DNA of 64,000 bases from a virus (lineage: Duplodnaviria > Caudoviricetes): IMG/VR virus record IMGVR_UViG_3300010965_000005, positions 1 to 64,000 of that record. One strand, given 5' to 3'. Under the pieces are notes generated by a model that was given only the letters and a program-made list of their open reading frames with translations, was not told the DNA's origin and searched no databases. Positions 27,460 to 36,490 of the stretch are shown piece after piece. The translations under genes and the position numbers were made by a program. Within the stretch, counting starts at the first letter, position 1. Every line of letters starts with the position of its first letter.

Positions 27460-27845
27460 TAAACGGAATCAGGGTGTGGGGCGCGGCCTTTGATGCTGAT
27501 GTCGTCAAAGATTCGGCACAAGACGCCATTTACGGTAATTGACCAGCCGTCAGACGGGCGGAAGATCAGCCATTCGTGGTCTTGGAACGTCATCCCCGTG
27601 AACCAGTTGCCGTCCTGCTCAAAGGCCAGCGGGCCACGCTTGATCAGAAGCCCGACTTTGGACTGGTAGCGGTCTTCATCAAGGTGGTCAGCGGTCAGGA
27701 TTAAGCCAGATTTGGTCTTTTCTGGCCGTAAATAGACAGCAAGAAGGACTTGATTGTGGAACAATTCGATTTCCGAAATGTCCCCAATTTGTTCAAGCAG
27801 GGCTTCCTTGGGGTCTTTTTCGTGGCTCATGGGCATATGGGGCAT
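27456..27845 (-). CDS. groES: GroES/Cpn10-like co-chaperonin
   Basis: L.H.QVLL......KTKSGLIL.........G.L.K.GP.AF (mobile-loop TKSG motif). Confidence 0.8.
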   Translation of the reverse strand: MPHMPMSHEKDPKEALLEQIGDISEIELFHNQVLLAVYLRPEKTKSGLILTADHLDEDRYQSKVGLLIKRGPLAFEQDGNWFTGMTFQDHEWLIFRPSDGWSITVNGVLCRIFDDISIKGRAPHPDSVY

Positions 27846-27854
27846 TGGTAATCC

Positions 27855-28061
27855 TTACATGGTCTTGTTAATGTTTGTGGAAACCTCGTCGCAAAGCGAG
27901 ATCACCTCATTGAACGCGGAAATTTTTCCGACGGATTCACGATATTCTTCAATGGTCTTTATGGCAAGTCCGCCAGCCATGTTGCCGATGATCTCGGCGC
28001 AGCGCTCGATGATAAGTTTGAGGAGTTCCCGCTCAAAGGCGGTGCTGACGGTCGTGATCAT
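27855..28061 (-). CDS. hypothetical protein
   Basis: AGG SD; helical EEYRESVGKI.AF family. Confidence 0.65.
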   Translation of the reverse strand: MITTVSTAFERELLKLIIERCAEIIGNMAGGLAIKTIEEYRESVGKISAFNEVISLCDEVSTNINKTM

Positions 28062-28085
28062 GGATAATCCTAATTTTCATGGGGT

Positions 28086-28136
28086 GGGGGCCAGTTTTTG
28101 TCTGGCCCCCGTAAGCCGAAGGGAGGGGTCGGCTTA
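28086..28136 (-). terminator. two tandem hairpins after the 456-aa gene
   Basis: TAAGCCGA...TCGGCTTA and GGGGGCCAG...CTGGCCCCC. Confidence 0.55.
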
Positions 28137-29504
28137 TTTCTTGAGGTCTTTGTTCATCGTCTCACCGTAGGCATCAACCTTTTCGAGGCGAGCCTTGCCA
28201 CCGCCAGCGCCGCCAGTGATTGGGTATGCCACGCGGCCACCAGCCTTGCGGCCCATCATGGGCGGGCCACCTGCGGGTGGCATGGGTCCAGCGCCAGCAG
28301 CGCCAGCCAGAGCCTGCTGCAAGCCTGGGGGAAGGGACATGTGAGCGGGTGGAGGCGCAGAGGGCATGGGAGATGGTGCAGGCATCGGTGGGCGCATCAT
28401 TGGGGGTGGCATAGCGCCGCCGCCCATCGGGGGCATGGGTGGCATACCGCCCGCTGGGGGCATAGCGCCAGGCTTCTCGGCGTTGTGCGGGAAGATGTTG
28501 ATGCTGATGTTGCTTTTGCCGACCTTGCCACCCGTGGCGCGTGACGTGCGGGCCGCGTCCTCAAATGCCTTGGCGGTTGGCGCACCCTTCTCGCCAGCCT
28601 CACGCATTTTTTCACCGCGCTTGCGCTTGGCGTTGATGTTGGCATACAGACCGCCGCCACGCTTCATGGCCGAGCCGCCGCAAGCTTTGCAGTCACAGCC
28701 TTCTTCGTGGGCTTCCTCGGCCTTGCCGCCTTTTTTGTAACCACGCGCCATTGGTGCCATTTGCATCATTGGGGCTTGCATACCCATGCCGCCGCCGCCC
28801 ATCTTTGCGGTGCGACCCCCGTCTTTCAGGCCCTTCATGGATTCCTGCTTGTCGTGCTTGTCGTCAGCCTCGGATGCTTCCCACTCGGCCATCGTCATCT
28901 TGCGCTTGGCAGCCAGCTTCTTGTCCTGCATCTGGTCCTTGGCCGAACCTTCAAACTTTTCAGCCTTGCCGCCGCGCTTGTATACGCCAGACATCGTCTT
29001 GTCTTCCATGTCCGGGCGAGTCTTGGGCCGTGGGGAGGTCCGTGGGGCCATTTGCGAGCGGTAATTATCTGGCTGCTCGGTGAGATCAGCAAAGCCCTTC
29101 ATCATTTCGGCTGTGATCGGCTGGCCGTATTGATTCAATACAACTTCCTCGTCGGTGCCACCATTTGCGCGCTTCAGGCGACCGCCCTTGGCGAACCCGC
29201 CGACGTGCTTGATGCCTTCGCGTTCCTCGTTGGCGTCCTTGACGTTGCGGTTGACCAGAGCATCAGCGTAGGCCTTGCCACCCGACTGGCGGGGCTTGCG
29301 GCCTGCGTGGCTCATGGATTCAGCGCCATCGACCTTGCCGCCGACTTTGAATGCGCGGCGGGAGACTGGGCGAGCGCCCGTCTTTACGTCTGCGTTCAAT
29401 GGCTCGGATGGGGTCCAAGTCGAAGCATCAACTTTTTCGGAAGTGGCTCCAGAGAGGCGCTTGGCCTTCTCCTTCATCGCCTCGCGTAGGCTTTTGGCGT
29501 CCAT
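28134..29504 (-). CDS. low-complexity Lys/Gly/Met/Pro-rich protein with about 11 xxxGG motifs (putative internal virion protein)
   Basis: FKVGG, RQSGG, FAKGG, RANGG, YKRGG, LKDGG, AKMGG, YKKGG, MKRGG, RATGG, RKAGG. Confidence 0.8.
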   Translation of the reverse strand: MDAKSLREAMKEKAKRLSGATSEKVDASTWTPSEPLNADVKTGARPVSRRAFKVGGKVDGAESMSHAGRKPRQSGGKAYADALVNRNVKDANEEREGIKHVGGFAKGGRLKRANGGTDEEVVLNQYGQPITAEMMKGFADLTEQPDNYRSQMAPRTSPRPKTRPDMEDKTMSGVYKRGGKAEKFEGSAKDQMQDKKLAAKRKMTMAEWEASEADDKHDKQESMKGLKDGGRTAKMGGGGMGMQAPMMQMAPMARGYKKGGKAEEAHEEGCDCKACGGSAMKRGGGLYANINAKRKRGEKMREAGEKGAPTAKAFEDAARTSRATGGKVGKSNISINIFPHNAEKPGAMPPAGGMPPMPPMGGGAMPPPMMRPPMPAPSPMPSAPPPAHMSLPPGLQQALAGAAGAGPMPPAGGPPMMGRKAGGRVAYPITGGAGGGKARLEKVDAYGETMNKDLKK

Positions 29505-29587
29505 TTTTACAATCCTCTGAGGTTACACGGCGTCCCGTTTGTGCTTTGCATTGTATACCGAAGTCAGGGACAATGCACGATCAATGT

Positions 29588-29797
29588 TCACATCCCCACC
29601 GTCAGCCGTAGAGCCTTGTCAACAGCATGGTGCTTATGTTTTTTCTTGCTCCTGTAATCAGGATGTGGATGGCGAGACGGGGTCTTAGTCTGGTAAGCAA
29701 CATCTGAAGGGACATAGTCATGTTCCTGATCTGTCAGGTGCTTTTCGTGATTGTGAAACTGCGCGTAGAACGAATCCACATCAAGTTTTTTGTCCAT
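29588..29797 (-). CDS. His-rich hypothetical protein (possible -1 frame extension to 29523)
   Basis: TAATG-coupled to the gp88-like gene; ends VDKALRLT. Confidence 0.6.
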   Translation of the reverse strand: MDKKLDVDSFYAQFHNHEKHLTDQEHDYVPSDVAYQTKTPSRHPHPDYRSKKKHKHHAVDKALRLTVGM

Positions 29798-31074
29798 TAC
29801 GATTTCCCTTCATTGTCTTTTAAGGAAAGCTGCTTTCCCTGCGGTGCAATCCGAACTTCAAAGTTGGTTGGAATTGTTGGGCCTTTCAAAGGATTACCAT
29901 TCTTGTCCAGTCCTTGGCTTGGGCCTCTTTGATATGTACCATCTGGGTTCTTCAAGGCTTTTGGATTGTAGCGAACAAAGAAGCCTTTGCTTTCTTTGGT
30001 GGCTCCTTCAACCGTTCCAGTTGCCTTCTTGTTTTTCAAACCAACGATGACGCCGTCGGTGCCTTCGGGCTGAATATCGAGGGGTCGGAAATCGTGCTTG
30101 TCGCCGTTGACAACCTTGTATTTCTTTCCAGTCTCTTCATCAACGACAACCTCTGGCAAATGTTCTTTGTGGGAGAATGCCATTGCCACGTTGTCGCCGC
30201 CATCAAGGCGACGGCGCATCTGCTTCCAGTTCGTGTGTTCATTGGACACGGCAATTTCTGGATCGGAAACACCAGTTGAGGAATATGTGTAGTGATGGTT
30301 TGCAGCAACAGGGTTTGAGTTGTTCTTTGTGTAATCGTAAAAACTGACATCAGGATGCGCTTCTATCAAAGACTTGTGGACCAATGGGTTGATGTCAGAA
30401 AGGGTGTTAAGGCGTACCCCAAGGTGGTTTCCATTGCGCGCTGCTTCTTCCTTTGCTCGGTCAATCTCGTCATACAATCGAACAGCAAAAGCTTCTGGTT
30501 CACGCATCATTGCGTTTGTTTTCTTTAGGCTGTTCAGGCGAGGCCCTTTGAATGCCGTCAAATCTCGACCGCCGCCAACTTTGAAATAATTGCCGCTGGT
30601 CTTTCCAAGGCACTCGTCCTTGCATGACGCGCTGTTGGGGCAGGTTGAGAATTTTCCTTCCTGATATGCTGGAGCGAGCGCCAATCCAGTTGTCTCAACG
30701 CCACGACCGTCTGGCAGCTTTACTGGTTCCTCGTCGCCATATCCTGTTTCGGACTTCATAAGCTTGGCGTTCTTCGTAAACATTGGCGCAGCGCCTTTTC
30801 CAGAACTGCTTGGGACGTGCTGCGCAAGCCTGCGGTCTGCGGCCATTGCATTCTGAATGCGCTCTTCTCGATTTAGAGAAACATGGTTTGCAATTGCCGA
30901 ATCAAAAGCGTCTTTTAAGCTTCTCATCGTGGGTGTCTGATCGTGCGTTTGAAAAACACCAACCTTTCCCTTTGTCGGCGCTTGAGTTCCTTGTGGGGAA
31001 ATACTGAAACGCGGCGTAGGCGCTTTCGGCATTGGTGATGTCAGGCTCAAAGCCTTGTTTACGATGTCATCCAT
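29797..31074 (-). CDS. Gene-product-88 (GP88) family protein
   Basis: TCP....CK..CL..SG, RLN.LSDI, FYDYTK, Y.YS, N.AMAF, GD.HD.R.LD, G.IVGLK.K. Confidence 0.8.
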   Translation of the reverse strand: MDDIVNKALSLTSPMPKAPTPRFSISPQGTQAPTKGKVGVFQTHDQTPTMRSLKDAFDSAIANHVSLNREERIQNAMAADRRLAQHVPSSSGKGAAPMFTKNAKLMKSETGYGDEEPVKLPDGRGVETTGLALAPAYQEGKFSTCPNSASCKDECLGKTSGNYFKVGGGRDLTAFKGPRLNSLKKTNAMMREPEAFAVRLYDEIDRAKEEAARNGNHLGVRLNTLSDINPLVHKSLIEAHPDVSFYDYTKNNSNPVAANHHYTYSSTGVSDPEIAVSNEHTNWKQMRRRLDGGDNVAMAFSHKEHLPEVVVDEETGKKYKVVNGDKHDFRPLDIQPEGTDGVIVGLKNKKATGTVEGATKESKGFFVRYNPKALKNPDGTYQRGPSQGLDKNGNPLKGPTIPTNFEVRIAPQGKQLSLKDNEGKS

Positions 31075-31075
31075 G

Positions 31076-34000
31076 TCATTTCCCCTTGGGCTTGAGGGAA
31101 CCTATAGCAGACTTCCCATCTTTCGTAAATCCGCGCGTGAGGGCGAGGGCTTTGCTGACCGATCCGCCCGTGGCATACCCTGGGATCGTCATGGCGCTCC
31201 GTATGTCAAAGACGTTTGCTGGCTCGATGTGCCAATCCTCGTTGTCCATGCGGAAATTTAGGCCGTATCTTGCGGCATTTTCCTGCGCCCACTTCAGGGC
31301 CTCGTCGTCGGCGTAGGACAAGTCAGCAGCCAAACCGTAATTGTGGGATGAAGTCCCAGGGCGGGCGACCCAATTGTCCCTTACTTCAGGGTCTGGATAC
31401 TTTGCTGCTGCGGCCTCCCAAAGTTCTTGCTGCCGCTCTGGTGTCCGATAGCCAGACGCCACGGATATTTTGCCTGGGGCCTCCGCAATCATCCTGTCAA
31501 TGGCGCTCTGGAATGGGGCATACATGCCACTTGGCTGATACCCCTGCTCAGGTAGGGGAATCATGCCAGACGGCGTGTGGCCCTCGCTGGACGCGCTTGG
31601 CGTGGGTTCTTCGGGCTTGTTCTTTAACTCGTTGACCGTGTCCATCAGGGAGCCGAGGGATTGGCTGAAACCCCCCGCAGGCCGCTGCTGCTGGCGGGGG
31701 ACAATCGGGGCCACCGCCAACTGCCTGATCTGGATCGGCGCAGCCGGAACGTAGCCCATGACTGGCCCACCCGTGGCTCTGGTGACGGTGCCGCCGTATT
31801 CGTATTTGTTTAAGATGCTGACCAACTTATCATCGTAGACAACGTAATTATTGGTTCCGTCGTTGGCCTTAAATCTAGCGCCAGAAACTCCTCTATTAAG
31901 AAGGTCTTTTTCGCGGATTTTTCCGCTATCATACAACTCCCTAAAGGTATTATGTTGAGGGAAATCCAAAAAAGCATTTTTTACAATTTCGCTTTGTTGC
32001 GAAATAGGGGTATCCCAATCGGCAAAAGTTGACGGATGAGCATTTATTTTCACCTTATACATATTCGCGCCAAGTTTTACATCTTCACTGCCACGCGACC
32101 TTAGTTCGTCAATGACGTTCTGGTAATCGCGCCTTGCGGAAAACGGAAGTTCCTTGGAGCGGGCAAGAAGATCAGATTCTGCATCACTAGCAACGTCAGC
32201 AAGTGTTCCGCTTTTGCCTTGATCGTGTGCAAATTTCCATACAGATTCATAAGCATCATCCGACAAGCCAGCGGATCGCCCCTTTTTACCTCCAATAATG
32301 GGACTCGCACCTAACGCCTTGAAATGTTCTGCATTCTTCTCATTTTCTGAAAAATATAGCCCTTCGCTGAAAGCAGACGGCGCACCAACGCCAGTGCCGA
32401 CCTTACTCATATCAAACTTGTCAAAGCTGTGTGGGCTGCCGTGGTAGGCTGTGATGCCGTCCTCGTCGACTTCGCCACCATCCTCGCGGCGGATGCGGGG
32501 GTCTGTGGGGTCAAACGCCTCGGCCTCGGTGTGCTTGATGGTCTTGGGATCAAATGCCACGACCTCAGAGATGCCATTGGGGAGATGCCCGTGGTCAGTC
32601 TTGACGACAACGCCATCGTGGCCGCGTCTTTGCATTTCAGCCATAAACGGCTGGATATGGTGTGACTGGAGATTGTCCCACGGGTTCAATTCGTTTTTCT
32701 CACGCATGATTCCCATAGACTGCAAATCACGCAGGGTGCTGTGCGATTTGGTTTCACTCGAAACGTCCCAAACGTAGGGGTTTTTCAAGGCAGCGTGGAG
32801 CGGGCCGATAACAGCGCCCCTCCCCATTTCGTCTGGGTCAGCGTAACCTTCAGCGTTGCCCCTGAGTGGCGTCAGGTAATGACCTCGGCCATAGAAGCCA
32901 GCATCCCGCGCGCCAAGTTTGGCGTTGTCAAACGCTTCAAACTCTTTGGACTGCGTTGTCCCATGATACAGGTCAAGCGGTGCGCCGCTTTCGTTTTGCA
33001 GGCTCTCGTGGACACCCTGAAACATGGGTGCATTTGCTGCGCCACCATCTGCCTTGGTGATTGCTTGTTGCTGAATGGCGGATGGGTCTGTGACAATGTA
33101 AGAGTGATCTGGAGTGACGGAACTGGTCATCCGCCCCTCTTCCATGTCTTTCCATGTCGGGCCAGCGTCAAACTTGTTCATGTAGCGCAGGGCTTTGATG
33201 TTTGACTTGGACAGAGCATTGGAAAAGAGAACGTTCTGGGCCTTCATCGTCTCGTCAGGGTGGCTGATCCTATCTTCAATGTCCTGAAGGCCGTCATAGG
33301 TCTTGTTGAACGTATCAGAATCAATCTTGCCAGCCCCGTGAAGATGCTCAAGAATTTCATAGAAATCAAATCTGTTTGATGCGGCAGGGATGTCAACGAT
33401 CTGCTCTGGGCGCGCATTGATCTTGAACGCCTTTGGCGAAACCCTTTCCGCCATGTCTGGGCGACCCATCAGAGATTTGACGGCTGCGTTGTGTGCCAAG
33501 GCTGGGTTTGCTGCAAAGTGAATGCCAACATCGCGGGCGCTGGGACGAAACTGACCGACAATGTTTTCTGGGGAAGCGTGGTAGGCGGTGATGCCGTCAA
33601 CCTCACCGCCATCAGCGCGTTCAGTTGCGGAACGACCGTTTGCCTTGATAGCTTCATCCATATCTGCGAGCAGCGCCTTGATGGACTTGTCGCCACGTAG
33701 AAATGCTGCGGCTGCACGGTGGTTTCCGTCTCGCAAGTGGTGAATGCCGTTGATGCGCTCCACGAACGGAACGCCTTCTGCGGGGTTCCTGATCTTCGAT
33801 TTCCCGATTGCGCCAACATCTGTGACGATCTTGTCCATCGGCACGTCTTCGACCTTAGCCCCTGCGTGTGCCTTGTTGATCGCCACTCGCAACGGGTCGG
33901 CGTAGACCGATTTTGCTGGGGTCATGGACATGTACGGATATTCCATGCGGGGCAGCGGCGAAGCCACAGCTTCTTCAGGCGGAACACCGTTGCGGTTCTG

Positions 34001-34195
34001 TCCAACATGCGGCAGGGCGTTGATGGCATCTTCCACCTTACCCCCATCACCATGGACGGCGCGGGGAACGTTGGGCAGGTATTTGGACGGGGCGATCTGG
34101 CCGTCGGCGCGGGATACCGCCGTGGTGTGGCGGTTCTTTTCAAGCATACCACCGAGTGTCAGCTTCGCCGCGCGGATTGCCTTGTCTCTGTCCAT
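31076..34195 (-). CDS. polyvalent protein: ParB/Srx-like + three ADP-ribosyltransferase-like domains + M15 Zn-peptidase
   Basis: LRDGNHR; YHAS..GIHF; YHGT..GFYGRGHYLT..SEVVAF; YHGS..GLYFS..NYVVY; SGYRT..PGTSSHNYGLAAD..EDWH. Confidence 0.8.
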   Translation of the reverse strand: MDRDKAIRAAKLTLGGMLEKNRHTTAVSRADGQIAPSKYLPNVPRAVHGDGGKVEDAINALPHVGQNRNGVPPEEAVASPLPRMEYPYMSMTPAKSVYADPLRVAINKAHAGAKVEDVPMDKIVTDVGAIGKSKIRNPAEGVPFVERINGIHHLRDGNHRAAAAFLRGDKSIKALLADMDEAIKANGRSATERADGGEVDGITAYHASPENIVGQFRPSARDVGIHFAANPALAHNAAVKSLMGRPDMAERVSPKAFKINARPEQIVDIPAASNRFDFYEILEHLHGAGKIDSDTFNKTYDGLQDIEDRISHPDETMKAQNVLFSNALSKSNIKALRYMNKFDAGPTWKDMEEGRMTSSVTPDHSYIVTDPSAIQQQAITKADGGAANAPMFQGVHESLQNESGAPLDLYHGTTQSKEFEAFDNAKLGARDAGFYGRGHYLTPLRGNAEGYADPDEMGRGAVIGPLHAALKNPYVWDVSSETKSHSTLRDLQSMGIMREKNELNPWDNLQSHHIQPFMAEMQRRGHDGVVVKTDHGHLPNGISEVVAFDPKTIKHTEAEAFDPTDPRIRREDGGEVDEDGITAYHGSPHSFDKFDMSKVGTGVGAPSAFSEGLYFSENEKNAEHFKALGASPIIGGKKGRSAGLSDDAYESVWKFAHDQGKSGTLADVASDAESDLLARSKELPFSARRDYQNVIDELRSRGSEDVKLGANMYKVKINAHPSTFADWDTPISQQSEIVKNAFLDFPQHNTFRELYDSGKIREKDLLNRGVSGARFKANDGTNNYVVYDDKLVSILNKYEYGGTVTRATGGPVMGYVPAAPIQIRQLAVAPIVPRQQQRPAGGFSQSLGSLMDTVNELKNKPEEPTPSASSEGHTPSGMIPLPEQGYQPSGMYAPFQSAIDRMIAEAPGKISVASGYRTPERQQELWEAAAAKYPDPEVRDNWVARPGTSSHNYGLAADLSYADDEALKWAQENAARYGLNFRMDNEDWHIEPANVFDIRSAMTIPGYATGGSVSKALALTRGFTKDGKSAIGSLKPKGK

Positions 34196-36490
34196 TTACT
34201 GCCCCTGTTTGCGGAGTTGCATTGCCAGTTTGACCGCATCAGCGGCATGATCACGTTCCTGCATGTCGCGCTCGTGCTGCATCCGAACCGCATCATTCAT
34301 CTGGTCACGATCCATCCGCATTTGCTCAACCCGCAAATCCTTCTCGCGGTCGAGGTCGCGGTTCTGGTCGTTAATCTGGTCACGCTTCATGGCAAATTCC
34401 ATCTGGCGGGCCTTGTTTTGCTCCGCCGCCATCTTGGATGGGTCAACCGCAGCCTGCGCGGGGGCCTGAGCGCCCTGTGATGCCTGCGCCCGCACCATGT
34501 CAGCCTGAGCGCGCAGAGTGTCTGCATCGGCCTTCTGGTGGGCAATCTTGACGTCCTCAAGGCCCTTCAGCAATTCAGGTGGTGGCTGCCGATCCTGCGC
34601 CGATTTCAGGAACTGTTCGGGGTTTGACCAGCCAATGGCGCGCAACGCCGCCTTATCAACGGCATCACCGTCAAATGCGGACGGGTTAGCGGCCTGCAAC
34701 TGCTTCAGCGCCATGATCTTCATCACGCGCTGCGCGTGGCTGGACGTGTTCGGGTCGGCCTGCGGGACCAGTTCAACGTCATTCAGGGCCTGCATAAACA
34801 GTTCCTCATTCCACGCGATGGTGGGCCTGCGGTTCCGCTGCCAGAAACTTTCGGGATGCTCGCGGAAGCATTTCAGCAGCAGCGAGAATTCCTCGGCCTG
34901 CGCGCTGTGCATCCGCTTGTGGACGGCATTCATAATCTTGGTGGCCTGCTCGATCATCGCCAGCGTGGTGCCGACGGGCGCGTCGGAGCGTCCCTCACCC
35001 ACTTGGGCCTCAGATGTCCCGCCGACACGCATACCAGTCTGGGACATGTTCTCCACCAGCGCCATCAGTGCCTGCGACGGCTCCTTGTAGGGCAGCGGCA
35101 TGACAGCCTGATTGATTGGCTGCCCGCCCGTCTTGATCTGGGCCGATCCGCCTGGGGGAATGCGGAAGATGTTGGTGTTTTGGCGCGACCCCGTGTCGCT
35201 GACCAAGAACCCAGGGAAGTTGGCATACATACCAGCGTCCAGAAGTTCGCGCCACGCGGCGGTGATCGCGTTGGTGGTGTTGCCGAGGATGTGCAGCAGG
35301 CCGATGTCGTAGAAGCCTAGGCCTGGGACAAACGTATATTTGACGAAGTTCGTGCGGGCTTCGGGCAGATCGGCGGTGTCCTGATCAAAGTTGCGGGTGA
35401 TCGACAGGATTTTGCGCGACGACACGTCGATGGTCACGCGGTATGGGATTTCGAGGCCGCTCTTTTTCTTTTTGTATTTGTGTTCAAAGCCGCTGATGTC
35501 CAGTTCGCAGTAAACCTCGTAAATCTCGCGGTCGCGGTCATCAGGGTTTGACGATGTGGCGGTGATGCCCTGCTGCGCGCTCTTGGCGTCCTGCGCGGCA
35601 TCGGGGGTGACCTCATTGGGCGTGGACAGGTCGGTGTCACTGTAGACGCCGATGATCTGGAGCCGCTTGACGGTGCTGGGGCGCATATAGACGCGGTGCG
35701 TCACGCGCTTGGCGTTGGACAGATCGGTGGCGGCGCTGTTGACGATCAGATTGTCCGCGTCAACGCTCTCGCTGACGGGGCGGTTCCGCAGCGGGCAGAA
35801 GTAAATTTTCTTGAACGACGTGCCGCCGAAGCCCAGCATCAGCAGCATCCGATCTGTGTCGGGGTAGTATTCGCGCGCCGTGCTGGTCAGGTAGTGGTTC
35901 ATGTCCTTTTCGAGGGCGTTGGCGATCTCGTCACGCTGGACGGTGCTGCCGTTGGCGTCATCGCGGATTTTGACAGGGCCATCGGTGGGCAGCAATTCTG
36001 AACGCGCATTCGCTTGGAACCGCAGGACAGCCTCTTGCAGCAGAGGGTGGCGGACCTTGGACATGCCCTCGATGGGTGCGCCATCTGACGCGCCGTTGAG
36101 GCCGGGGATTTCAATTTTGAGGCCCAGCAGCTTGATGCCCTGCGCGCGGTCCTCGATCCACTCGCTGCGGCTTTCGAGGTCATCCTCAACGCCACGGATT
36201 AGGTCATCGGCAATGTTTTGGAGTTCGGTGTCGTCAATTTCATCAACCAGATTGTCAAACCACCCCATCGGGGGGCGCTTTTCGTTGTCGGGGTCTTGGA
36301 TCGGCTTGCCATCAAGGGACAGGGTGATCGAGCCGTCACCATGTTCAATCTTGAGGATCGCGCCGTCTTGGGAGATTTCGGGAATGTCTTCCGGCTCGGC
36401 GTCGTCATGCTCAACGGTCACGTCCATAGGGCCGATGGCCGCGTCGGCCTCGTCTTCATGCAATCGAATATTGGGGTTCAGTCCTGACAT
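34196..36490 (-). CDS. portal protein (P22-like)
   Basis: 764 aa; HPLL.EAV.RFQA.A..EL.P..GPVK, G..FKK.Y, FV.Y.F.PG.GFY..GL, LPYKEPS..L, long helical C-terminal barrel; first large gene after the terL cluster. Confidence 0.85.
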   Translation of the reverse strand: MSGLNPNIRLHEDEADAAIGPMDVTVEHDDAEPEDIPEISQDGAILKIEHGDGSITLSLDGKPIQDPDNEKRPPMGWFDNLVDEIDDTELQNIADDLIRGVEDDLESRSEWIEDRAQGIKLLGLKIEIPGLNGASDGAPIEGMSKVRHPLLQEAVLRFQANARSELLPTDGPVKIRDDANGSTVQRDEIANALEKDMNHYLTSTAREYYPDTDRMLLMLGFGGTSFKKIYFCPLRNRPVSESVDADNLIVNSAATDLSNAKRVTHRVYMRPSTVKRLQIIGVYSDTDLSTPNEVTPDAAQDAKSAQQGITATSSNPDDRDREIYEVYCELDISGFEHKYKKKKSGLEIPYRVTIDVSSRKILSITRNFDQDTADLPEARTNFVKYTFVPGLGFYDIGLLHILGNTTNAITAAWRELLDAGMYANFPGFLVSDTGSRQNTNIFRIPPGGSAQIKTGGQPINQAVMPLPYKEPSQALMALVENMSQTGMRVGGTSEAQVGEGRSDAPVGTTLAMIEQATKIMNAVHKRMHSAQAEEFSLLLKCFREHPESFWQRNRRPTIAWNEELFMQALNDVELVPQADPNTSSHAQRVMKIMALKQLQAANPSAFDGDAVDKAALRAIGWSNPEQFLKSAQDRQPPPELLKGLEDVKIAHQKADADTLRAQADMVRAQASQGAQAPAQAAVDPSKMAAEQNKARQMEFAMKRDQINDQNRDLDREKDLRVEQMRMDRDQMNDAVRMQHERDMQERDHAADAVKLAMQLRKQGQ

